This document shows positions 45,201 to 58,149 of a stretch of DNA of 64,000 bases, in pieces (positions within the stretch are counted from its first letter, which is position 1; each line of letters opens with the position of its first letter). Position numbers and translations under genes: made by a program. The notes below the pieces were generated by a model. That model was not told where the DNA came from. It saw nothing but the letters and a program-made list of their open reading frames with translations, and made no database searches. Location of the stretch: NCBI RefSeq assembly GCF_000143415.4, contig NW_003314272.1:840184-904183 (forward strand), given 5' to 3'. This DNA comes from Selaginella moellendorffii (taxonomy: Eukaryota > Plantae > Lycopodiophyta).

Positions 45201-45661
45201 GGAAGTTGATTGAGTCTTGAAAATTTACATTTCTAAACTAAGAGTGATTCTTTCTTTAAGTTGGAAAATTTTCTACAAATTTTTTTAGACTTTTTCAATG
45301 GTTAATCTATTAATCATTTTGCTTGAAAACCATTCTATTTTTGTGAGCCATTGCAAGCTAGTAAAAGGGTTAGAGTTAACTTCAGTTGGATTAAACATTA
45401 GTAGATAGTTTGTATGTTGCAGCCTAAAAAGGATGCCAACTTTTAAGGCTAAAATAGCTAAGCTAAATAAAAGGTAGAGTTAGTGTAGAAAAATAGTTGT
45501 TGTGCTTTTTTAAAAAGTGACATTTATACCTTTTTTTTGTAGTGTTATGTTTGGTGGCAAGTTGCACTTTGCATTTTATTAAACTCTAAGAGTAGTGAAC
45601 TTTCACTAATCTTGACTTGGTTTTAGTGGTATTGCACCTTGGTTTGGTTGAGGATGATGAT

Positions 45662-47188
45662 TGTAAGTGACTAAATTTTTCATTCTACTTTAGTTACTTA
45701 ACCATACCTTTGACCATTTGAAGAAATTTCACTCACAACCTTCATAAGTTCTATTCTTGACTTGAAAACATGCTAGCCCCGTGAATGGCATCTATGCCAC
45801 TCAACCATTTTACTTAGTCTAAATGCTCCACGTATTTGATCCCATGATATACACCTTAAAAGTACCATTGACAAATCAGCCCATTACACTAAAGTTATAT
45901 CCATTTACCTTATCTCATTAGTAATCCAAAACCATTTATGCCATAATCTCATCTCTCAAAGACTAAACCATTTATTTATAAGTGGTCATCCTAAAACCAC
46001 ACTTTAGCATCCTTAGGATGTCTAGAGATGTGGGTAACACCCTTTCCCAGTATCCTTTTTTCAATCCCTACTAAATCCCTCTCCATCCACTATTGTGCTC
46101 GTTAACACCACCATTGGGTCAGAGTTTGAAGGCTTGACCACTAAATCCCATTGACCTTTGGGACTTCCTCACCACGTGACCATGCCTTTGGTCACTATAT
46201 AAAAGGATTGCTCCTCATAGTCCAAGACTTTGGGACAACACTTCAAAACACCATAGCCATACACGAGTCTTATGGATACTCTCCCTACCTTTTGTCTTTC
46301 AGTGCCTTAGCTATATAGCTAGAGTGAAGTTCTGATGAGCCACGTTAGGTATCCAAATAGGTAGTACCACCGACACTTGAATTGAGAGTATTGACCATTC
46401 AATCTCCTAAGAGAATTAAAGTTAACTCTTGAACACTTGGCTAAGTTACCCTGCTTGTCCATCAGTATTTACTCTAGCCTTGAACTCTTTAGTGGTTATA
46501 TCATCACCTAACACGTGGGTATAGCCTTCTTGGGTCATATTGGCCTTTCCTAGCCAAATTGATTCCATTAGAGTCCAATCCCCACACTCTCTCTACTATA
46601 CTTTTGGAATGGAAACCCTTTGGAATGGAAAGGCTGAGTGGCATAGATGCCATTCATGGAGCTAGCAAATCCCTAAGTCTAGAATAGGACTTATGAAGGT
46701 CATGAGTGAGACTCTCGAAGGTATGATTAAGTGACTAAAGTAGAATGGAAAATTTAATCGCTTACAATATTAGTATTCAAATTTGGACTCGGACTCGAAC
46801 TTGGTCACGGTCTTGTTCTTAGTTTCGATCTTGATCTTGGACTCTGGTCTTGGTGTCCATCTCAGACTCTTTTTTAGACTCCATCTTGGACTTCATTTCA
46901 AACTCCATCTCTGACTCTATCTTAAATTCCATCTCAGACTTAGTTTTTATACTTCCACATGTTATATATTGGTCCTTTCATTTCTTTTTTCTAGAGACTC
47001 ACTTATTGATCACTTCATGCTCATTCCTTAAGCACTTCATTGAGAGTTCCATTTTCACCCTCAACTCTTCGAGTTGGGGCTTTTAGTCCAAATATTAATA
47101 TTACATTTGTTTAGCTTCCACTTTGGCCACTACCATATGATACCCTTTTAAGCTCTATTTTGGGACTTAGGGATTTGTGTCATGGACA
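45662..47188. mobile_element. Old decayed LTR-B copy carrying an inverted copy of its own terminus (about 46622-46766)
   Basis: Begins TGTAAGTGACTAAATTTT like 52863 and is colinear to its end; CpG-depleted. Confidence 0.82.
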
Positions 47189-50100
47189 AAATTCAATAAA
47201 CAATAAACCATTTTATAAAGTAACCTTATCATGGATTACCATTTTCATCCTTAGCACTAAACCAATATTCATCAATGGTTTGACACTAAAGGCTCACCAT
47301 GCCTTGCCCATCTTTTAAGAAGCATAGTGTTTCAAACTTAAAGTTTCATTGGATCACCAATAGTAGTTCTTTATATTCGTTCTTTTAGTTCTCAATAAAC
47401 TTGTTGGAGACACCTTCTCTATTCTAATTTTACTACTCATTTCAAAATAATCTTAGCCTCTACTAACATAATCATTGGACTCTAGAACTTTAATATTGAT
47501 ATCTAGAGTCAATTTCCTATATATGTTCACCGTGCATTACATCAGTTCTACAAACTCCACTTCCCCATCTTAGGAAGTTCTTTACTTGAGGGTATCATCA
47601 TCCTTTTTTTTATTTCATACCACCTTTAGCACTAAGTTCCATTCATTTATAATTCATGCTAGGGTTATCCATAGCCCTATCATTTGGCTACTTTACCACT
47701 TTATCTCTTTTGGAGCTTTTATATTTGCCAAATTAGAGCATTTGGGAATCCCATCTTTGGAAATATATTTCTTTTCCCACAATCCATTAGAAACCACCAT
47801 ATAGTGGTTTCTTGCCTAACTTGTCATTTGGATTTCTTCTAATAATTTCCAAGGCCCATTTTCAGCCACTAATCTTTCACTTATATCCTTTGATTGTTGC
47901 ACCAAAAAACATAGGATCATTATCTCCAACTTTAAGGTATCTTTTCAACTCCATAATAAAGGCTTTGTTTTGCTAAGTGTAAGGGGTGTTAAGTCTCTCC
48001 AGCATTTTCTACTATGGGCTCTATCTATGGCCCCACCTTACAACTCTCCTATATGTCTTTTCTTTAAGACTACTTTCTTAAACTCACAATATCATTGTAT
48101 TGTTATAACTCATTTCCCCTAGGTATCTTGCCTCCCCAAAAACAGCTTGTGCTGGGAGGAGGAGGAGAAAGAAGAAAGGTTGAGTAGCAAAACACACACA
48201 CTCTTCTCTTCACTTCTGTGCATGCTCCCTTTGTCAAGTGGGTGCATAAACATTGATAATCCCAACCCGCCCAAAGTGTAGGTACTAACAGCTACACTTT
48301 CCCTAGGACCAGCACCATGTGGTCATGTACTTGTGCTGACCACTTGGTAGAGACAATGATCGCCATACCTCCTTTATGGTGTACTCTTGCTCATGTGGCT
48401 AGATTCCACTAGAGCCTCCCTCGCATGCCCAAGTTGAAGTTTGGTGCCTTCACCATCTTGTGCTCTTGAATGCACTATATGTCAATCCTCCCCTCCATGC
48501 CAATCTCCCAAATGTGGGACTTGAGTTGTATTCTCTTGTTGAGTATGCTATTGTTAGATCTCAATCCCCATAGTTCCATGTTAGGATTGAGAGTGTAGTC
48601 ATAGAGCAATATATTTCTAGGAGAATACTATGTTGCTGGGCTTAGCCCTCCATTTTGTGGAGATTATCCACACTATAGTGAGCTTCCCCTTATACTTGGT
48701 CCAATAAAAGCCATGCACTACATATTTTGCAAAGCCCATCCACTCTATGATGGCATGTTCCATATGAGTTTAGCAATCTCCCAGCATGATGACCTCTGGG
48801 AATGCCATGTGTCCCTAGTACATCAATCAATCACCAACCTCTATGGTTGTTAGCTCTCAGTTGGGTGGGATCCATCTAACTACCATGTTCACCGTTCGAG
48901 GAAGAATCAATTGAAAACCTTCGCCATCCTTTTTAGCAATCGGGTGGAGTTTGGCTTTGAGTCTTAACCCTTTAGTGCTTGGGTTCAAGTTCAAACTCAC
49001 TAAGGTGTGGTGATGGTTTAGAATATGAAAATATTCATTTTTGGTGGTTATAAACTCTCAGTAAAGAGACTAGCTTAGGCACACCACTAAGCAGAGGATG
49101 CCCTAGAGTCATGATGCATGATTAGATTATTTAATGTAAAACAACTTAAAGGTTTGACAATCTTAGTACTTATTGGTAAACTCACTAAAGTGTCAATATG
49201 AAATCACTAGGTGATCTTATGGCTAAAGAAAGATAAAGTTTTTGTTAGATTGAAGAATAAAGTTCTTATTCAAAGCGTTGATTTGAACTATTAGTAATGA
49301 TGTAACTTAAGTTAGGTGACCAAATGGCAGATGTGGGTAGAAATTAAGTGGTGGATGAGTGGCTCATGGTAGGAGACTTCAACATGGTTGAGGATTTGAG
49401 TGATCATCAAGGCTCACTGGGAACCATTTAGGGGTGAGAGAGGAAGAGTTGTACAGCGCTAATGGAAGCCTTGGGAATACTAGACCTCCAGCATGTAGAA
49501 GGCTTCGCTGCTCATTCCCACCCGTTCACAAGATGGCAACTGACGGGGAGCCAAGCACACTTGGACAGGATTTATGCTTCCACCAGGCTGCGACAAGATG
49601 GAGGGAGGCTCAAAACATGGCCTGCATTTGGCACCTTTTAGGACCATGACCCACTCCGAGGCATCCTTAAGCTATAGGCAGATAAGGGAATGGCAGTGCA
49701 ACGAAGGATCACCAAGGCTACATTAGTTGACTAGGTAGTGTTGGAGCTCGTTTGAGAAGCACTGGACGAGTGTAAAGGGGAACTTGTCTTGGCTCTGAAT
49801 ACCTGCTCTACTAAGCTTCGGGAAAGGCAAACAATGCTCAAGGGGGAAGTCCTGAAAGAGGTGAGGCTAGCAAGGCAAAAGGTGGCGGTGGCCTAAAGAA
49901 TGGTACTGAACACAAACGATGTGGATAGATGGTAGCAACATTGGACAAGAGGGAAGCTGAGCTGCGAGACAAGAAATATGCAATGTGGAGTGCTGGACTC
50001 TGCACCATGGAGGATAAATGGGTGATGAATGAGAGGCTCCTTAATAAAGCTTTCTACAAGGGGATTCATCTAGTCACCAACACTCCCCCAATCCTGGGAC

Positions 50101-52862
50101 TAAGGAAGGATGATGGAGAAGTAATAGAGGACTAACAAGGGATGTAGGGGTTAGCATAGGAGTTCTACCAAAAGCTATATACTGCATAGCCCTGGTCCTA
50201 GGATAGGAGAGATGTGGCAAGTAGGGTGTTGTCCTCTCTCCCGCATAGAGTTTCCGATGGGTACCTAGAGATGTTGATGGCAGATTTTTCATTGGAAGAC
50301 CTTTACCAGGCCCTAGAACAGCTGAATGATGACAAGATGTTAGGTACAGATGACCTTCTCTCAATGTTCTATGAGGATTACTGGGACAAGATAGGCCTAA
50401 TGCTCTTGGAGGCATGGTAGGGTGCACAGCAAATGGGGGCATTGCCTAGAGAGGTATTGGAGGGACAAATCACACTGATCCCAAAATGTGGAGACCTCTA
50501 GGAACTTAGGAATTGGTGCCCCATAACCATGCTTAACACATTGTGCAAGTTATATACAAAGGCAATGGCACTAAAGTTGCAGTCGGTCATGCCTCTCATA
50601 ATCAAGGAACAATAGACATGATTTGTGCCGGGAAGACAGATTGCAAAAAACATCTGGACATACCTTCTTGCACAAAAGTGGGCAAATATTTCAAACCAGT
50701 AGATGATGGCGTGGCTGCTAGACTTCAAGAAAGGATACGATCAGGTAGACTAGGACTTCCTAGAGGACTACATGTGGAGGGTAAGGATCCCAGCAATGGC
50801 TATAGTGCACATCTCATTATTGTATAGTGGAGCATCAAGTCGGCTCACACTGAACAGAGAGTTTGGTCCAACCTTCCATTTAGGATGTTCAATCCACTCA
50901 CCCCCTACTTGTTTCTGATTGTCGTAGAGACACTAGGCTCTTTTCTTGCACACAGAGGAGATATCAAGGGACTGGTGTTACCTGCTAAAAGACTATAGCT
51001 TCCGGGAACATAGGAGCTGTAGGATAGGGCATTTGTGGATGACACTGCAATATTCCTACTTGCCACCCCAAGGAACCTCAATGTAGTGAAATCCAAATTG
51101 GAGATTTTCAACATGGCAGTAGGAGCCACTATCAACTGGAATAAGTCAGTTGGGGTGAACTAAGGAAAGCCAAGCATTGAAGCCTAGGGACAAGAGATCG
51201 GTTTTCAGTGGGTTCAATTGGGCGAAGACACCCGCTACCTGGGCATCCAGGTAGGGATCTAGTACAGTGCAACCACACAAGATGATATACTACTTAGGAG
51301 GATTCAAACTGCAATTCAGAAGTGGGCCTCAAGGAAACTTGGGCTCCCAATGAGGATTGTAGTAGTTAAAAGTGTGATCCTCCCCAGCATCTAGTATTAC
51401 CTCTCGATTTGGCCAGTGCTGGAAACCACACTGTAAAAGGCTAAATAGATGGTGAGGACCTATGTATGGCAGGGAACCTTGGCCTTAGGGTGGGCCATGG
51501 CTAAGGTGGCATGGCAATCCACAGCACGGCCATAGATCCTAGGGGGGTTCGGGATCATAGACCCTAACAACATGGTGAAGGTGAGATATAAGATCATCCT
51601 CATGGATTTGCAATCAAGGAGGCTAATGTTTTGATAGAGTCTCCTAGTGATACAACCCAAGTACAATGCGGCCAAACCTTGGGAGGAGGACCCCTAGTGG
51701 CTCTTTGCAAACAGGCTGATTTAGGTAGTGAAAGGGGGCAACATCATCCAAAGTATACACAAATTGTGGAAAGTTTTTCCACTGGAACAAGTGTCGCCAA
51801 GTAGAGCCGAGGAGTGGCTCAACCAACCCCTGTTCTTTAATGCACTATTCCAACTGGGAGATGTCACACTAGGTTGGAAGATACAGCACACAATCTGGAG
51901 AAAAATGCATTCAAATGGTTTTCAAACTATGAAGTAATTGGTTGGAGTGATCAATAAGGATTAGTGGCAAATAGAGAGGAAGACAAGTGTTTAGACTATG
52001 ATGGTGGCATAACATCCAATTGAACATTCTACAATTCCTACAAGTTCTGAATAGAGCTAAAGGAGGGATGAACTGGCCAAGGAGATGCCTCAAAGTAGAA
52101 GACTTTGTGGCAATCCAACAACAAATGGAGCGGAAGGAGTAGGATACAATGTGCCGTCCATTGGGGACATAGACTCGAGCATTCACAGCACTTACACTAG
52201 CGTGGGTAGAAGGGGACTTCAAGGTGTGGTTCGTCGCTTCACTGGAGCACAACACAGGACGACCTCTTCACGTTACCAGAGGAGATACACTTCTCCCAAC
52301 GAGTGACACAAAAGTGATGTTGGATATCATTGATGACAAGGTACATGGGAGGATCTAAGTTCTTAGGCAAACGCCCAAGAGGCTGGACATGGTGGAGTTA
52401 GAGGGCTTACTAGAGGGTGTTGGAACACTGCTATGGTGGCACCAACAACTGATAGAAGATTCAGACTAGGACCTTGCTGTATGGTGACAAGGGGCGAAAA
52501 GCTTCTTCTCCTATGAGGTCAAGGAAGCATGCAATGGACTGCTAACATCTAGAGAGGAGGCACGGGAGGAGATTCTAAGGCTGTGGCAGAAGTGGATAGA
52601 ACAAGGGGTGGATGTGGAGTAGGTGGTGGACAACACGGTTCACTTCTAGAAGTTGCCTGTGTAGGAGAAAGTGAAGGTCACTTCGTGGCTGGTAGCCAAT
52701 AACGATCTCTCGGTTGGACAGCATTTTCAATATGATGTGAGTTGCACATGCAAGGAGTGTGGCAGGATTGAAACAGTCATGCATGCACTGTGGGAGTGCA
52801 ATATTGCAAAGGAGGTATGACAATAGATTGTCAAGGACATGAAGGAGTTAGGGGTTACACAG

Positions 52863-53964
52863 TGTAAGCGACTAATTTTTCCATTTTACTTTAGTCACTT
52901 AACTGCACCTCCGACCACTTGGAGGAGTCTCATTCACAACCTCCAAAAGTCCAATTCGGGACTTGGGGCTTGATAGCCCCGAGAATGGCATCCATGCCAC
53001 TCAACCTTAGCACTTGGTCCAAGTGCTCCACGTGTCCGATCCCATGACCGACACCCCAAGGTACCACCGACATATCGGCCCGTTACACTAAGGCCATGCC
53101 CATTCACCTTGGTCACACCGGTGGTCTAACGCCACCTACCTCACAGTCCCATCTCTCAAAGACGGGGCCATCCGTCCATGAGTGATCATCCTAGATCCAC
53201 TTCTCCGCATCCTTAGGATGCTCACAGACATGGGGAATAGCCTTCCCCAATATCTCTCTTCCAGTCCCCACCAAGTCCCTTTCTGTCAGTGGCCGTGTTC
53301 GCCAACACTGCCACTGGATCAAGGCCCACAGGCCCAACCACTCAGTCCAACTGTCTTCTGGGACTTCCTCACTGTGTGACTGTGTCCTTGGTCACCACAC
53401 CAGAGGGCTACTCCTCTTCCTTTCCACAGTCTGGGACTTTGGGGCAACATTTCGGAACACCGTGGCCCTACGCGGGCCTCGTGGGTACTCTCCTCGCCTT
53501 CTGCCCTTGGGTGCTCTAGCCATGGGCTTAGAGCGAGGTTCTGTTGAGCCACACCAGGTATCCAAGTAGGTAGTGCCACCCACACTTGGACTGGGAGCAT
53601 CGGCCAGTTGATCTCCCGGGGGAACTAGAGCCGGCTTTTGAACATTTCACCAAGCTACCCCGCTTGTCGGTCCGTGTTCACTCTAGTCTTGGACTTCCCA
53701 GTGGGCAGCTCATCACCCAACACTGGGTCTGGCCTTCCTGGGCCAAACTGGCCTTTCCTGGCCAAACTGGCTCCACTGCAGTCCTCCCCCTACTATACTT
53801 TTGGAGCTCACCAAACCCCCTAGGGTCTGGGAGACGAACGCTTTGGGCTTTCACCCTCTCAGACTCGGACTCGGACTCGGACTCGGATTCGGACTCGGAC
53901 TTGGACTCGGACTCAGGCTCGGGCTCGGTCTCGGCCTCGGCCTGGGTCTTGGTCTCGGTCCCGA

Positions 53965-54014
<50 letters not shown>

Positions 54015-54479
54015 CCGGTCTCGGTCTCGACTTCGGACTCCATCTCGGACTCCATCTCGGGTCCATCTCGGACTCCATCTCGGGTCCATCTCGGACTCCA
54101 TCTCGGGTCCATCTCGGACTCCATCTCAGGTCCATCTCGGACTCCATCTCGGACTCCCTCTCGGGTCCATCTCGGGTCCACTTCGGACTCCATCTCGGGG
54201 TCCTTCTCGGACTCCACTTCGGACTCCACCTCGGGTCCATCTCGGACACTTCCACGTGTCATGTGTTAGTCCTTTTTGGGTCCCTTTTTGGAGCCTCGCT
54301 TATGGCTCGCTTCATGCTCATTCCTCAAGCACTTAGTTAGGGGTTCCACTCCCACTCTCGACCTTTCAAGGCGGAGCTTTTAGTCCAAACGTGTTACGCT
54401 CGTTTGGCTTTCGCTTTGGCCACTACCACGTGGTGCCCCTCCAGCTCCACTTTGGGGCCTAGGGATTTTGTGTCTCACA
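52863..54479. mobile_element. Young solo LTR of family B (1617 bp)
   Basis: TGTAAG...CTCACA termini; perfect 5-bp TSD CACAG at 52858-52862 and 54480-54484; no internal domain. Confidence 0.93.
53860..54250 (+). repeat. Compound 6-mer and 11/12-mer array inside LTR-B
   Basis: (TCGGAC)n, then (TCGGTC)n, then (CGGACTCCATCT/CGGGTCCATCT)n. Confidence 0.93.
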
Positions 54480-55149
54480 CACAGGAGTTTGAGGCTCATA
54501 GTGGGGACATTCTCCACTAGTTTGAGGGAAGGGCCCAACCCTGCGACATATCAAATGTAGAGGATGACATAGCTAGGGGATCCAGGTCCACTGGGATGCG
54601 ATTGGGGCAGAGATAAGAGTTCCTATGTGGGAAGCTCTTGGCCATGCTCGATGGGCAATATGGCAAGTGACAGGGGTCCAAGCCTTGTGGGAAGCACGTA
54701 ATTGGGTGCACTTTGATGGGATATAGGTTAGAGTATCATAGATGATGGTGGAGTGGTGAAGACTTACACTAACAGCTCCACCATGCTATCCTTTGAGATA
54801 GGGGGAAGCTAGAGTGGCTAGACAAGTGGCAAAGAACATGTTTTGGTGATGGCGACCAAAAAGGAGTTCAATAGAGATGGTGCCCCCTAGAATCGATCTT
54901 GCAGTCTGCACAAAGGGGGGACTTGAACCTAGATGTGGTATGATAGCAACGACTGCAGCCACTTCTACTTCAGACTTGGTGTCACTTGGGATGAGGGAGA
55001 GCTCCATTAGGTAGTGTGAGTTCAGGGTGGCATGCCCAATTTTTGTATTAGTCCCTATAGGACATTGGAGAATGTACATACACATTTCATCAAATGTAAA
55101 CTCTACATATGTATCTATAAACGGCATCATCTAGGATGTTTGGCATGAC

Positions 55150-57500
55150 TCCCCATGTTGATGCACTAACTTATATCCAATGTGTATTACAGGTCACAGC
55201 TTGGGAACCTAGTTCCTTTGAGCTTCCAAATCCTCTCACTTGACAAACTAGTTGATAAGTCTATGATCATGTATGGACTCCTCTATATTTGGCCCTTTGG
55301 GCCATCCTTTTTGAAGTCAACACCTATAACTATGTTCTTCCGACTTGCCAATTTTGCTTAACAAGTCACTTGATTAGTGTAATTCTATGCATAAGCTTGA
55401 AAGTCCTCAAACATTGACTTTCGTTCAAAGGCATATCTTTGAATGCTTGGGAACTATTTCCCCAACATTGATAGCTTTACCTCATGGCAAACTTCAAGGC
55501 CACATTTTTGTTACGCCACTTTGATTTGCATATTCCTGTGAACCATTCATATTTATATTTCTAAGTACCAACCTACCCAGAATTGTTTTTAGGAACATTG
55601 AAGGGACTTTACTCTTTAGTTTGTCAAGGCTTTCGCAAGCTTTTTAAGTGCCATATGGTTTAACATAGGCAATTTTATACTTTAAACTCACAATACGCTT
55701 TCGAGCACTTATTTGATTCTCCACCCCTAACTTATATAACCACCTTTGGTGATGCCTTTTGAATCCTATAGTTTAGTTTTATCCCTTTATTACTTGCTTT
55801 TGGCTTTACATATTCCCTTTGGTTATTCTCTTCCAAGCTAGAAGGATTTTTTAAAATGCTTTAGTAATTATTCTTAGGGATGAACCTACTTGATGGCTTA
55901 GGGAATGGTTCCTCTATTTAGATATGCTCATTTTGCAATCCTATAGACCAGGATTAATGTTGCTACTCATAGGCTTCTATATACTTGACATTAGCCTTGT
56001 TAAAATCTTTTTAGCTTTGTTCAATTTAGATAACCGAACTTCTCTCATCTCTAGTTTTCCATAACCTTGGATATTGGATAACACCTCCTATCTATTATTC
56101 TTTAGGGACTTAGTCCTTTAGGCCTTATCTAATGCTTTTATGATACCAAACACCACTTCCTAGTGTTTTAGAGTTTTTATGTATCCTAATGATGGACTTT
56201 GTTTACAATGAGCATTTCTTTTTACCACATTGATTAATTATATTGCAACATAAGTAATTTATCCTCTAAGGGATATCTTTAGCCTCCTTTTTATCCCAAT
56301 AAAAAATTTTAAGAAGTTAACTTTTACCAATATAATTAATTATGCCACACTTTTTGCTTAATTGCCTTATAGTCGTGAAATTCTATAACCCAACCTACCA
56401 ATCCTATTTCCGTTGGGATTCCTTTAGTAAGGGGTTCCCATGAACCCACCAACTTGACTTTAAGGCAACATCCCTTGAGACATTTAGGGTCTCCACCCTA
56501 TCTGCTCCACAAGCCTATCCTCAAGACACTATATGTCTAGGTTTTGCCAATACAAAAGTAATCATTTCTTATATTAACTATTGGTTAACACTACTTTATA
56601 ATGTTTACACACAACTCTTTGTCAAAGTTGTTGTCTTTTGTAAACACCTTTTTACGACTTTAGTATAATATTTTCTGCCATCAATGAAATACCTATTATT
56701 TTTATACTTGGATTTCATGATCCTCTCAGTCCTTCATAAAGTATAACACACATCCATCCAAATAAGATTCCTCTAAGCCTTTAGGACCATCTTTTAACTC
56801 TATTAAGTCATCTAACTTTTGGACTTTGTTAATCTAACGTCCCATAAAGTCTTAGCCTTTTGACTATTTTTGAAGTGCCACCACACTTGAATGCAATTTC
56901 TTATATTTGCATCTTATTCATAAAGACTATCTTTGCAAATGTTACTCTGACACTTATTAATCCTTTGTTCTACATGGGCTATTTTTGCCCTTTAGAATTA
57001 TTTTTCTATATGATAAGAATACCAAATCATCCTTTTAGTACACCCCCCAATTCCTTAGGTTATTCCGACCTTTATTAAAAGTAGCCCTAGCTACCTATAT
57101 GTCCTTCTCCATATTTAACCTTTTATAGTCATTAGCTTTAATGAGCACCATCCTCAACCATATGAGGATAATCCTGTGACTCCTTTATTCTCTTAGAGTC
57201 TTTATCTTTCCCATGATCTCAACTATAATTTTTTTTATCACAACCACATTAACCAATTAACTAAGTCAAAGGTTCATATAGATCACATCCTTAACCCTCT
57301 AAGGAAAACCTTTTTATTGTTCCCAAAATCCCAAAATCATTTTTTTATTAGCCCCTTTCTATCCACCACATTACCTACATATTCATGTATGAATTAAAGT
57401 GGAGAGTCATACTTTCTCGACATGCTACTCCTCAAGTATAACCCCACTCCTAAGACTTTCAAATGTCAATATCAAATAGTGATATACTTAATTAACAATA
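55150..57500 (-). mobile_element. Very decayed LTR-retrotransposon pol-like remnant
   Basis: Weak RT-like traces on the minus strand (e.g. DVLYF..EDHE near 56700-56760); adjoins an LTR-B start. Confidence 0.35.
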
Positions 57501-57516
57501 AGAGTCAAACCAAATT

Positions 57517-58120
57517 GTATGTAACTAAATTTTCCATTCTACTTTAATCACTTAACCACACTTTTAACCACTTAGAGGAGTCTCACCCACAACCTCCATA
57601 AATCCTATTCCTGACTTGGGGACATGCTAGCCCCATAAATGGCATTTATGCCACTCAGCCTTTGCAATTAGTCCAAGTGTTCCATGTGTTTGATCCCATG
57701 ATAGACACCTTAAAGGTACTACTTACATATTAATTCGTTACACTAAAGCCATGCCTATTTACCCTTGTCTCATTAGCAGTTCAAAACCACCCATATTATA
57801 GTCTTGTTTCTCAAAGAATGAGCCATTTGGTCATCCTAGGACCACACTTTAGCATCTTTAGGATATTTGGAGACATGGGAAACACCCTTCCCCATTGTCC
57901 TTTCTTCGATCCCCATCAAATCCCTCTTCATTCACGGCCGTGCTCGCTAACACCACCACTAGGTAAAGCCCCAAAAGCTTGACTACTAAGTCTTATTGAC
58001 CTTTGGGATTTCCTCACCACGTGACCATGCTTTTGGTCATTATATAAAAGGATTGTTCCTTTTCTTTTTTACAATTTAGGACTTTGGGACAACATTTTGA
58101 AACACCATAACCCTACTTGG
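57517..58120. mobile_element. Truncated LTR-B fragment
   Basis: Colinear with about 52863-53470. Confidence 0.82.
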
Positions 58121-58149
58121 GTGGCATTACTTTGTGTGCCACATCCACC

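Larger units (their letters stand above)
49330..55130 (+). mobile_element. Degenerate L1-type LINE ORF2 (endonuclease, RT, zinc finger), interrupted by a solo LTR
   Basis: VGDFNMV, LDRIY (EN); RNWCPITMLN..CKL, FVPGRQI..N, LDFKKGYDQV, FVDDTA, INWNKS, RYLG (RT); ETV.HALWEC (zf-RVT). Many stops; element ends approximate. Confidence 0.85.

Noticed and set aside
53860-54250. Possible CRISPR-like array
   Set aside because: Contiguous tandem repeats with no unique spacers, inside a eukaryotic LTR.
53586-54340. Long ORFs with SD, RP, ET and WSPR repeats (also at 7447-8902)
   Set aside because: They are translations of the LTR-B hexamer and 12-mer arrays, not genes.
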